From the IMG/VR virus record IMGVR_UViG_3300037424_001472, positions 1 through 42,391 of that record: DNA of 42,391 nt. One strand, written 5' to 3'. The notes under the pieces are model-generated. The model searched no databases. It saw nothing but the letters and a program-made list of their open reading frames with translations, and was not told the DNA's origin. The stretch is from a virus (Duplodnaviria; Caudoviricetes). Positions 1 through 7,973 of the stretch are shown piece by piece; positions within the stretch are counted from its first letter, which is position 1, and every line of letters begins with the position of its first letter. The translations under genes and the position numbers were made by a program.

Positions 1-87
1 AACCATTTGGAAAACCTACAATTATTATGTCCAAATTGCCATACTTTAACTCCTAATTATAGAAGGAAAAATATTCCTAATAAATAA
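1..87 (+). CDS. C-terminal fragment of an HNH endonuclease (5' truncated by the window edge)
   Basis: Frame 1 reads NHLENLQLLCPNCHTLTPNYRRKNIPNK*, the typical N-x-x-x-N-L-x-x-L-C-x-x-C-H ending of HNH domains. Confidence 0.8.
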   Translation, partial: NHLENLQLLCPNCHTLTPNYRRKNIPNK

Positions 88-497
88 TGATATAAACAAT
101 ACTAAGAACTATAACAAATATTAAAAAAAGTGGGTTTTTTAGTTGTTGGAAAATGTAAAAATAGGGTAATACTTATAAAACTTTCATTGTTTTTTCCTGG
201 TTGTGGTTTAGTTTCTATCAACAAACACATACTAAACTATATACAAAAAACTAATCCCATAAAACCCCAACTAAGAAAACTAAATAAACCTAAAAACTAG
301 ATTGTTAAACCTTAAGAAAGATGTACAAAATAGGGTGGTACTTACAAAACACACAAAAACTTTACGACAAAGGTAGTAAATGAACGTTTATTTTGCGACA
401 TTTTACCATTTTTTACTATTTTTGTGTATAAAACTATGTTTCCCTATGTGGTTTTTGTGACCTGTCCTTAGTAGATTAGTAAAAACATTTCGTATTT

Positions 498-560
498 TTG
501 ATAAACCCTAGGGGTAATTTGATAAACTCTATAGGCAATTAGATAAACCCTGGGGGCAAA
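498..560 (+). repeat. Three imperfect 21-bp tandem repeats (iteron-like)
   Basis: TTGATAAACCCTAGGGGTAAT / TTGATAAACTCTATAGGCAAT / TAGATAAACCCTGGGGGCAAA; GATAAAC recurs at 500, 521 and 542. Confidence 0.8.
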
Positions 561-604
561 AAGAGACTTTTTGTCGTGTCTTACAAACTATTCTTTCTAA
601 AAAA

Positions 605-877
605 CTATTCCTTTTTACAAATCCCCCCAACATTATCCTGTGCCATCATTAATAGATAAAGGGCGGAATAATTATTTTCCCCCTTCCTTGCTCTAGTAAC
701 AGTTTCCATTTCTTTTACGGAAAGCATAAATTCTTTACAGTCAGGATGTTCGTAAAACGTTTCCCTGATTACACTTAGACAAAGTCCATCCATATCTTCC
801 TGGACTAGATATCCAAGAATTTTCCCATATTTTATAGGAAAACCATTAACAAAGGCACATTCAACGTAATTTTTCAT
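605..877 (-). CDS. Hypothetical phage protein (90 aa)
   Basis: ORF with AGGA upstream; last gene of a minus-strand cluster. Confidence 0.65.
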   Translation of the reverse strand: MKNYVECAFVNGFPIKYGKILGYLVQEDMDGLCLSVIRETFYEHPDCKEFMLSVKEMETVTRARKGENNYSALYLLMMAQDNVGGICKKE

Positions 878-928
878 TTTTTATTCCTAGACTGTTTTAT
901 TCTAGAGTTTTTATTCTCAGAGAGTTTT

Positions 929-1105
929 TTATTCCTGGATCACAATCTTAATACATTCCCATGGAAAATATCCGATTTTGGTTTCCGAATTATATCCATC
1001 TTTATCGTAAATATATGTGCCGGATATACCTAAATCGGATACTTCGGTTATAGCCACAGTATACCAATCGTTATAGCATTTAATTTTGAATGTCTTACCA
1101 ATCAT
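929..1105 (-). CDS. Hypothetical protein (58 aa, MIGKTFKIK...)
   Basis: Start moved to the ATG at 1105, which follows AAGGAAACCCAAA; the longer ORF-track N-terminus looks non-coding. Confidence 0.6.
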   Translation of the reverse strand: MIGKTFKIKCYNDWYTVAITEVSDLGISGTYIYDKDGYNSETKIGYFPWECIKIVIQE

Positions 1106-1203
1106 TTTGGGTTTCCTTAAAAGAATTAAAAAGAAGAGGGTATGGGGGAAATTGACAAATTCACCCAAAAATAAGCCAGACTAATTGTTTTTTGGTAAAA
1201 GTT

Positions 1204-1332
1204 TTACTTTTTATCCTTCTTTTTCCCATTCTTGTGGTGATTTCCATCATTGTGGTTACTTCCCCTAATTTTGAAACCACAAACTTCGCACTTCACATAA
1301 CCGCCAGCTTTCTTGGCTTTTCCGTTACTCAT
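1204..1332 (-). CDS. Small basic zinc-finger-like protein (42 aa), below the ORF-track cutoff
   Basis: MSNGKAKKAGGYVKCEVCGFKIRGSNHNDGNHHKNGKKKDKK*; CxxC plus HxxGxHH-like ligands; AAGGA upstream. Confidence 0.7.
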   Translation of the reverse strand: MSNGKAKKAGGYVKCEVCGFKIRGSNHNDGNHHKNGKKKDKK

Positions 1333-1374
1333 GATGGATTTTTTCCTTGATGGATTTTTTACTTAACTGTTTTC

Positions 1375-1611
1375 TTAACTATTACACAAAAGTCTTTTTC
1401 TGGACTTTACGCAATCCCCCTTCCCATAAGATTTTCCGTGACTACCAATTAATCCCCTCTGTGTTGACCAGACTATTCTCAATTCGTCTGGTTTTCCACA
1501 ATACAAAACGTCAACATCATGGTTATTTGCCCAAAACTTTCCCCATTTTATGACAGAAACCAAACTTGCGGTTTTTAGTTTTCTTACATTATCTACTAAA
1601 ACCTCATACAT
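1375..1611 (-). CDS. Hypothetical protein (78 aa)
   Basis: ORF with AGGGA upstream, co-oriented with neighbours. Confidence 0.6.
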   Translation of the reverse strand: MYEVLVDNVRKLKTASLVSVIKWGKFWANNHDVDVLYCGKPDELRIVWSTQRGLIGSHGKSYGKGDCVKSRKRLLCNS

Positions 1612-1780
1612 AACTATGTCCCTGTAATTTATTGAATCGTGCCCGCAGAAGATTACTAATTACACTCTATTTGGGGAAATTTATTAGTTTGTGAAAACAT
1701 ATTATTTCCCCCCTATACTTTCTCCTTTTAATTCTTTTTTATTCTCACCAACGATTAAATTGGGAGAATTGTGTAAAAAC

Positions 1781-1814
1781 AAAAAAATAGAGGGCGAAAT
1801 TAATCGTCCCCTAT
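1781..1814 (-). terminator. Intrinsic terminator
   Basis: Minus strand ATAGGGGACGA-TTAATT-TCGCCCTCTAT followed by a T-run, about 45 nt after the stop at 1858. Confidence 0.75.
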
Positions 1815-1857
1815 CTTGTATCAACTAAACAAAACTTTTTTCTAGGAAGAAAACCTT

Positions 1858-2604
1858 TTAGGCAGAAACTTCTTCCTTCAACATTTCTTCTGCAACCATC
1901 TCTTCTGCAAGATGTTCCATCAATTTTTCCGTGCCAGTTTTTGGCGGATTCAAATCAATTTCCGCAAGTTGATCGGCAATAATGGAATCCAATTCTCCAA
2001 TCAACTTATTATCAAACGAAGCAGATTGCCGCACCCTCTGCTTCATTTTCTTTTCGCAGAAAACGGAAACATAACCTCCGTTTGCGTTGAGAATCTCAAT
2101 TGCCTTTTCATCAGCAGTTTTTCCATTCTCAACTTCTTCTCCGTCCCCCTTAATCTTATACTTTCCGATAAGAAATTGGACGTTCTTCTGCAAACAATCC
2201 TCGTCCCATTTCTTAACATGATAGTTAATTGTGGCGGCAGCAATACCCACATCCTTTGCTACCAAATCAACATCTCCACCATTCTTATTCCAGCTTTCCT
2301 GGATTTTCTTGGCGAGTTCATCCGTCATTGTAACTCTTTCCTTCTGCAACTCAAAAATAATTGGGGGAAGTTTTTCACCCGTTTCTGTTCTTTTATCCTT
2401 TTTCAACATATTCTTATAACGAGAAAGAATCTGTTGTGCGGGTTGTTTTAGGTGACTTTCATCTCCCATTTTACGAATATCACCATTACATTCTACCGCA
2501 CAACGAATAAACAAAACATCGGATGTGCGATTATTTCGCCTTCCATTAACCGCAGTAGACTTTCCGTTCTTCTGAGTCCCGAAACTTCTCATAAAACTTG
2601 CCAT
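1858..2604 (-). CDS. Hypothetical protein with a helix-turn-helix-like segment (248 aa)
   Basis: ATG at 2604 after GGAGAAAATGTT; GGDVDLVAKDVGIAAATINYHVKKW resembles an HTH; acidic C-terminus. Confidence 0.65.
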   Translation of the reverse strand: MASFMRSFGTQKNGKSTAVNGRRNNRTSDVLFIRCAVECNGDIRKMGDESHLKQPAQQILSRYKNMLKKDKRTETGEKLPPIIFELQKERVTMTDELAKKIQESWNKNGGDVDLVAKDVGIAAATINYHVKKWDEDCLQKNVQFLIGKYKIKGDGEEVENGKTADEKAIEILNANGGYVSVFCEKKMKQRVRQSASFDNKLIGELDSIIADQLAEIDLNPPKTGTEKLMEHLAEEMVAEEMLKEEVSA

Positions 2605-2761
2605 AACATTTTCTCCAAACAAAAGGGTTAGTTGGTTTCAACGACAAAAATGTTTTTTTGAAGAAAAGTTTATGTGAAATAATGTTTTCTTAAAATAAAA
2701 ACAAAATTCCAGCTAAACTTCCCCTCTCCATCCGCCCGGGCACCCCCCCACTAGGAGGGTG

Positions 2762-2794
2762 GTTGTAAGTCGTTATGGGGTATAGACTTACAGC
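2762..2794. promoter_or_regulatory. TAAGT-N15-ACTTA palindromic site, copy 1
   Basis: GTTGTAAGTC-gttatggggtata-GACTTACAGC; arms 9/10 complementary. Confidence 0.6.
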
Positions 2795-2839
2795 GAGTCC
2801 TTGCCCAAACTACCGAGACTACCTAACCTAACTAATTGA

Positions 2840-2861
2840 ATTTTTTACAATCAGTAGTTTT
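2840..2861. repeat. 22-bp element upstream of an early module (copy 1; copy 2 at about 5356-5377)
   Basis: ATTTTTTACAATCAGTAGTTTT is identical at both sites, and each has CCTAACTAA on the gene-proximal side. Confidence 0.8.
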
Positions 2862-3278
2862 GACTATTAGTATGTTATCATAACAAATTCATTATGTTCG
2901 GAAAGTGAATTAGATTGTGGACATAAATTATATTTTAGAACTAAATTAGGCTATTTTATAAAATTAAATTAGAAAAGTGTCATCATATTGACTACACTGT
3001 TGAAAAATTCAACACATTATTAAAAAGGTGTTGAAAATCTTTACACTAAAAACACATGATAAAGCCTTATTTTTAATCTTACTTTTTCATTTTGGTGTTA
3101 TATATCAAGAAGCCTATCCCAAAAATAAACCATTGATTTTGAAGCAAAAAATCAAATCCACCACTTTTTACCCCGGTTGTCCTGTCAAATTAAATTATAC
3201 TGCAGAAGATTAGTGAAGACATCATTTTGGGTGAGTATATTAAATTTGGGCATAAAATTAAATTTGGACATATTCCAC

Positions 3279-3303
3279 AAAAAAAGCCCGCAGACGGCGG
3301 GCT
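3279..3303 (-). terminator. Intrinsic terminator
   Basis: Minus strand AGCCCGC-CGTCT-GCGGGCT plus T-run, 30 nt after the stop at 3334. Confidence 0.85.
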
Positions 3304-3333
3304 AATTAAAAACAAGTTGGTAGTATCGACCGG

Positions 3334-3591
3334 CTAATAGTCGAATCCCAAATCGGGAATCCTCCTTTCTTTCAGAGCCTTCTTATATTGTTCGTAGTCT
3401 ACATCATCCATATCCTCCGCATTAATCCAGACCTTCACGAAGATAACCCCATGTATTCTGTCGGGATTATCTATCATATACTCGACTTCAACAAGATAGT
3501 TCTCTGTTCTTCCTGTGGTAATCTGAGTTTTTCCACTGAAGAAATAGTCGGTCACGCCAATAGATTCCATCTGCTCACGAAACTTAGACAC
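3334..3591 (-). CDS. Hypothetical protein (85 aa)
   Basis: GTG start with AAGGAGAG RBS; followed by a terminator. Confidence 0.7.
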   Translation of the reverse strand: MSKFREQMESIGVTDYFFSGKTQITTGRTENYLVEVEYMIDNPDRIHGVIFVKVWINAEDMDDVDYEQYKKALKERRIPDLGFDY

Positions 3592-3632
3592 GACAACTCT
3601 CCTTTTAATTGAAAGGAAGTTAATATGGGAAA

Positions 3633-3866
3633 CTACGCAATCTTACTAATTTTATTCCCAATTTTGCTATCGAAACAATTTTTGTCAAACAGCTGTTCGC
3701 ACGGCTCACCATTCCTAAAAAAGGAAATAATATATTGGCTCGACTCATATTCGACCAACATACTTTCTCCTGAATTCAAACGAAATCCCATATCCTCAAG
3801 TGGTGGCGTTGACAAAGGTTCATCAACAATATCAAACTGAATTTTGTGTGCCCAAAACAAAGACAT
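3633..3866 (-). CDS. Hypothetical protein (77 aa)
   Basis: AAAGGAGAATATTATG start context. Confidence 0.7.
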   Translation of the reverse strand: MSLFWAHKIQFDIVDEPLSTPPLEDMGFRLNSGESMLVEYESSQYIISFFRNGEPCEQLFDKNCFDSKIGNKISKIA

Positions 3867-3916
3867 AATATTCTCCTTTTAATTCAAAACAAAGTTTTGC
3901 TAACTACAACTTTTGA

Positions 3917-4123
3917 CTACAACGTTGACGGATCTTGGTTCCACAAACTAAATTCCGGATGGTCTTCAAGATTTCTAACCATCCTAATAAAATTTTGCTC
4001 TCTCTCATTGAGCAAACCTAACAAACTTGCTTCTTCAACATTGGTTCCAAGTTCTTCAAGAATATCTATTAGCGAATAGTATTCCTGAAAAGATTGCTGG
4101 GTTAGACCAATAAAACCTCTCAT
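3917..4123 (-). CDS. Hypothetical protein (68 aa)
   Basis: AAAGGATAG RBS; tightly packed in the operon. Confidence 0.65.
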   Translation of the reverse strand: MRGFIGLTQQSFQEYYSLIDILEELGTNVEEASLLGLLNEREQNFIRMVRNLEDHPEFSLWNQDPSTL

Positions 4124-4135
4124 TAATCTATCCTT

Positions 4136-4522
4136 TCAAACGAAGTTGGGTTTGTCATCACTAAAGTATCCCTGTTCATCAAGGTACTTTTCACATTCCC
4201 ACTTCCCCCCCACAAAAACATCTTTTCCGGTATCAACATCCATCAAAACAAACTTGTCTGTTCCGAACTCCAAATAAATTTTCAAGTTCGGTCGTTTTTG
4301 CCACAGACTTTTATGTCGCTCCAAGAAAAAGTCCGGAGAAACAAATTTGCCGTTGACATAAACCTTTATCCAGTAAAGGTCTTTGCCCTCCTCGATTAGT
4401 TTCCGAAACTCCAGAATGTTGGAACAAACATCTTTTGGGGAAAGCCCTTCAATCCGAGTTTTACACCCAATTGTTGGACCATATTCTTTTTCGATCCTAC
4501 CATAAATCTCCAAAGCCAACAT
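4136..4522 (-). CDS. Hypothetical protein (128 aa)
   Basis: TAATG overlap with the upstream ORF; AAGGA RBS. Confidence 0.7.
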   Translation of the reverse strand: MLALEIYGRIEKEYGPTIGCKTRIEGLSPKDVCSNILEFRKLIEEGKDLYWIKVYVNGKFVSPDFFLERHKSLWQKRPNLKIYLEFGTDKFVLMDVDTGKDVFVGGKWECEKYLDEQGYFSDDKPNFV

Positions 4523-4680
4523 TATTTTTTTCCTTCAAAAAACCCAGACTTCTGTAAAATCCCCAAAAACGATGTTTTCTTTGGGGAAATTATTATTTTC
4601 ACCCAAATTTTTATTCCGTACAACTTTATCATTGTACGAGCACACAAAATTGCGTGCTTTTTATTGATGGTCCCTTCCAT
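4522..4680 (-). CDS. Small basic/hydrophobic protein (52 aa), below the ORF-track cutoff
   Basis: MEGTINKKHAILCARTMIKLYGIKIWVKIIISPKKTSFLGILQKSGFFEGKK*; AAGGAA RBS; fills the gap and its stop overlaps the next ATG (TAATG). Confidence 0.65.
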   Translation of the reverse strand: MEGTINKKHAILCARTMIKLYGIKIWVKIIISPKKTSFLGILQKSGFFEGKK

Positions 4681-4691
4681 GATAAATTCCT

Positions 4692-4913
4692 TTATTTATC
4701 TTGCCACCACTCATAAATTCTGTTCGCCAACTCAGCATAGTGTTGAGCTAGAACTTTTTGTGTGGAATCATTATATCTATAATAATCACACAAATAAGAC
4801 CCACACAAAGCCTCAGCTTCTAAACATTTTTCAAAAAACCAATTCTTGATTTTCTCCTTTGTTTCGATTTCCAAACCTTTTCTAACCAACCAATCAATTG
4901 TTTGTCTTGTCAT
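4692..4913 (-). CDS. Hypothetical protein (73 aa)
   Basis: GGGGA upstream; co-oriented operon member. Confidence 0.65.
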   Translation of the reverse strand: MTRQTIDWLVRKGLEIETKEKIKNWFFEKCLEAEALCGSYLCDYYRYNDSTQKVLAQHYAELANRIYEWWQDK

Positions 4914-4966
4914 TATTTTTCCCCAACGAAGGTTGTTTTAGGAAAGAAGATTTCTTTTAGGAAACC

Positions 4967-5218
4967 TCAAACAGACCGCAAGTATCGTAACATTTTCTCC
5001 CTATGTCTGGAATCCAACAAACCGTACAATTCCAACATATTACCTTGCAGTGCAAGCTTGGCTGCACTATTGAGATTATTTTTCAAATCATCATCCATTT
5101 CTACATCAAAACTTTCCCCGAAGGAAGCAATATATTCCCTCGGTGTTTTATGTAGATGGTTGCCGTTAATTTGACCCAGCAACCGTAAATGACGATGCTT
5201 CTTAATCTGTTGTGTCAT
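4967..5218 (-). CDS. Hypothetical protein (83 aa)
   Basis: AGGGAGA RBS; first gene after the promoter at about 5300. Confidence 0.7.
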   Translation of the reverse strand: MTQQIKKHRHLRLLGQINGNHLHKTPREYIASFGESFDVEMDDDLKNNLNSAAKLALQGNMLELYGLLDSRHREKMLRYLRSV

Positions 5219-5295
5219 GTTTTTTCTCCCTGCAAAATTGTTTTCCGAACAAAACTAAATTTAGCTCCCACTGAGCCCCTCCAACCCGAGCCTGT

Positions 5296-5324
5296 AACCT
5301 ACCAAATATATCGGCACATGTCAA
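5296..5324 (-). promoter_or_regulatory. Putative sigma70-type early promoter
   Basis: TTGACA-N17-TAGGTT with TGn extension, about 80 nt upstream of the 5218 start. Confidence 0.55.
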
Positions 5325-5355
5325 GCCCTAACTAAAATTTTTTCAAAAATAGTTT

Positions 5356-5377
5356 ATTTTTTACAATCAGTAGTTTT
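5356..5377. repeat. 22-bp element, copy 2
   Basis: Identical to 2840-2861; lies about 30 bp upstream of the -35 box. Confidence 0.8.
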
Positions 5378-6223
5378 CCAGGGCGACGGCTTATTTAGAT
5401 GGGTCAGTAGATTATTTGTCATAAAATTGGACAAAAAATTAAAAAGAGAAGTATATATGTGGGGAAAAGTAAATTATATTGGGGAAAAGTATATTTTATT
5501 ATAAACATAAATTAAATTATGGTGTTTTGCCCCTTATTCACCACTAAATTCTCCCATCTAACAAGATTAAATTGGGTGAATCAAGAAGATTAGTTATTAC
5601 ATTATCTAAAATAAATCTACAAATAGGGATAGTAATAATCCCCCTCAGTACAAAATTAAATTAGGAAAGTAAATTAGATTATACAACTATATTAAATTTC
5701 CCCACTATATCATCCATCACCAATATATTGTATTCCTACATAATATTAAATTTGCCCATATTATTTTTTTTGCCCAATCTCTTCCTCATACTTTCTTCCT
5801 TTTAATTATTTTATGAAATAAAATTTGGGAGATATATTATATAGGGATAGTAAATTGTATTGTGATAGTAAATTATATTATGGTAATAAATTAAATTATA
5901 TAATTCGCCAATTTTCCGAGCTGTTTGTCCTTAGTAAATAAGATTACAAAATACATCTCTAATTCGCTAATAATATGGGGCGGACTAACATTATTTGTTA
6001 TAAAAACCCACACATTAATTTTCATTACATAATTCTATTTCACCTTATCAATAATAAAAACTACATTAGGTAAAACTACAAATCTGAACAAAATCACAAA
6101 ATCACAATATTATCAGGATAACCAAATTGTCAGGATAACAAAAATTGGCTAGGAGAATAAAATTGGGCGAAATAGTAAATTTCCCCACATCCTTTTTTTT
6201 TAATCTTATTGGGCTTGGAACAT

Positions 6224-6542
6224 AAATTAAATTGGGGAATAAATAAAATTGTGACAATAAATTAAATTATACAACAACAAAAGTTCCCCTGAATTTCGGC
6301 CAGTTTGTCCTTGTCTATTATCTTACGCCAGAAGATTACTAACTACATTATTTGGGTTAAGTGGATAAAAATACCAGCACAAAATTAAATTTGTAAGTAA
6401 AATTATCCTTGTAAGAAAATTAAATTGGGCGATAAATAAAATTGTGACAATAAATTAAATTATACAACAACAAAAGTTCCCCTGAATTTCGGCCAGTTTG
6501 TCCTTGTCTATTATCTTACGCCAGAAGATTACTAAGTACATT
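6224..6542 (+). repeat. Direct repeat of about 125 bp (6224-6349 and 6417-6542)
   Basis: 104 bp identical (6239-6342 = 6432-6535), 193-bp offset; the second copy overlaps the HNH stop codon. Confidence 0.95.
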
Positions 6543-7059
6543 CCTTGATGATATCATTGTATAATTCTTCAGTCCACTTCATTTTATATACATTATCTAT
6601 TGAGCCGTTATTATGTTTTCTAATTATTTTATCCATAATATCATAATATTTGAATTTAGTGATACCAAATGGTGTTTTACCATTTCTAATAGCATCATTA
6701 TAATTTTCCTCTTCTGTTCCCCAATACAAATTATCTAAACTGAGATTATTTTTATCGTCGTCTTTATGTAAAACAAATTGCTTGTCATCTATATTAGGAA
6801 TAAAACATAAAGCCAACAATCTATGTATTTTACATTTTTGCTGTTTGTTTTTATCGTTTAACAATCTTATATAGGGATAGCCGTCATGATCAACTTGTAT
6901 ATTTAATTTTTTCCAATTTTTATTCGTTTTATTACTCCATACACTTCCATCAATTCCTATTTTATATCCAGGAAGAAAATCCAGTTCTCCATAAAATTCC
7001 CAAAATTCTCTATCAAACTTATCTTTACTCTGTTCATAATGCTTCTCTAAATTGTTCAT
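6532..7059 (-). CDS. HNH homing endonuclease (NUMOD4/HNH_3, I-HmuI-like)
   Basis: PGYKIGIDGSVWS, DHDGYPYIRL, KIHRLLALCFIPN...VLHKDDDKNNLSLDNLYWGTEEEN. Confidence 0.9.
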   Translation of the reverse strand: MNNLEKHYEQSKDKFDREFWEFYGELDFLPGYKIGIDGSVWSNKTNKNWKKLNIQVDHDGYPYIRLLNDKNKQQKCKIHRLLALCFIPNIDDKQFVLHKDDDKNNLSLDNLYWGTEEENYNDAIRNGKTPFGITKFKYYDIMDKIIRKHNNGSIDNVYKMKWTEELYNDIIKECT

Positions 7060-7076
7060 TTATTCTATAACTCCAT

Positions 7077-7171
7077 AAAAATAGACCCTGATAGAACATT
7101 GGACAAATTCGAGTTAGAATTTATGCTCTACCAGGATCTATATAGTTTATTAAATTATTCGATTTTGTCCA
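7077..7171 (-). promoter_or_regulatory. Attenuator-like leader (long hairpin plus U-tract, with a competing 5' strand)
   Basis: A 19-bp stem (7081-7099 with 7123-7141, three G-U pairs valid only on the minus strand) ends in TTTTT; 7171-7159 is 12/13 complementary to 7112-7100. Confidence 0.65.
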
Positions 7172-7174
7172 CTA

Positions 7175-7190
7175 TATTATACGTTATTTT
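7175..7190 (-). promoter_or_regulatory. Putative late-promoter motif (AAAATAACGTATAATA)
   Basis: One mismatch to the AAAATATCGTATAATA motif upstream of the portal and tail-tube genes. Confidence 0.6.
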
Positions 7191-7570
7191 CTAAAATTCA
7201 CCAAATAAATTTCCTTTTAATTCTTTACGCAAAAACCAAAAGTTCACCACAAAGTTCACCAATTCCCTCAGCTTTTTTGCCATTTACATTATAAGATTAC
7301 TAAATACACAAACAAAATTACAAAATTATACCCTCCAACTATATTTTATATACCTCTGTTAGGGGGGAGGAAAGTTGTATTATGTTTCTGTATAAAATTA
7401 AATTTGGGCAGTAAATTATTTTTTGACATAAAATTAAATTAGAAAATTTCCACAAAAACTATTTGTGATATCACCTATAGGGATTATGGCATTTTTAGCC
7501 GAATACATGACAAAATACATGGCATATATAGCTGATAATAGACATGCGGTTTATAGCATTTAGAAAGTGT

Positions 7571-7602
7571 AAAAAAAAATGACCCCCTCCGTAGAGGGGG
7601 TC
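7571..7602 (-). terminator. Intrinsic terminator with a UACG tetraloop
   Basis: GACCCCCTC-TACG-GAGGGGGTC-A followed by T9, just after the stop at 7625. Confidence 0.9.
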
Positions 7603-7624
7603 TGTATTGTTCCTCGGGGAGCAC

Positions 7625-7810
7625 CTACCCCTTCTTAGGGGTATCGTAGCATTCCATCATGCGTCGATGGACTCGGGCGAAAATCAACCCGCTCTCGCGA
7701 TTCGGGAACCGCATTTCGGTTCGGCACCACTGACGGAACACGTTATGCAGGGGATGATCCGAAACCGCAACGTTGCGGGCGACGCGAGGGGCTGTCAATT
7801 TGTTTGTCAT
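7625..7810 (-). CDS. Small basic hypothetical protein (61 aa, MTNKLTAPRV...)
   Basis: TTGGAGTCAAGATTATG start context; GC-richer codons; terminator follows. Confidence 0.65.
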   Translation of the reverse strand: MTNKLTAPRVARNVAVSDHPLHNVFRQWCRTEMRFPNRESGLIFARVHRRMMECYDTPKKG

Positions 7811-7842
7811 AATCTTGACTCCAACAAAAGGGAAGGGGAAGG

Positions 7843-7865
7843 AAAACCCCCTCTTGCGAGGGGGT
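7843..7865 (-). terminator. GNRA-capped hairpin with a short U-tract (terminator or attenuator)
   Basis: ACCCCCTC-GCAA-GAGGGGGT-TTT on the minus strand, between two co-oriented genes. Confidence 0.6.
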
Positions 7866-7973
7866 AACACCCAGAAATTATTAGCTCTAGTCCAGTAATG
7901 TTACTGGAGAAACCAGAGCCACCAAGAGCCCACCCCCCACATTTAGGGGGTGGGTTGCTTGGCTAGTTGGAAG

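Noticed and set aside
1912-2451. Plus-strand ORFs overlapping the left-arm genes (also 1347, 3388, 3625, 3846, 4664, 4902, 7607, 7950, 8382, 10261)
   Set aside because: Antisense shadows of minus-strand genes that have RBSs and terminators.
3028-3213. 61-aa plus-strand ORF in a spacer
   Set aside because: Opposite to all neighbours, ends within the repeat motifs, and has no recognisable features; cannot be excluded but is unsupported.
5220-6530. CRISPR array in the long repeat-rich spacer
   Set aside because: No constant repeat with regular unique spacers; the motifs are short and irregularly spaced, and there are no cas genes.
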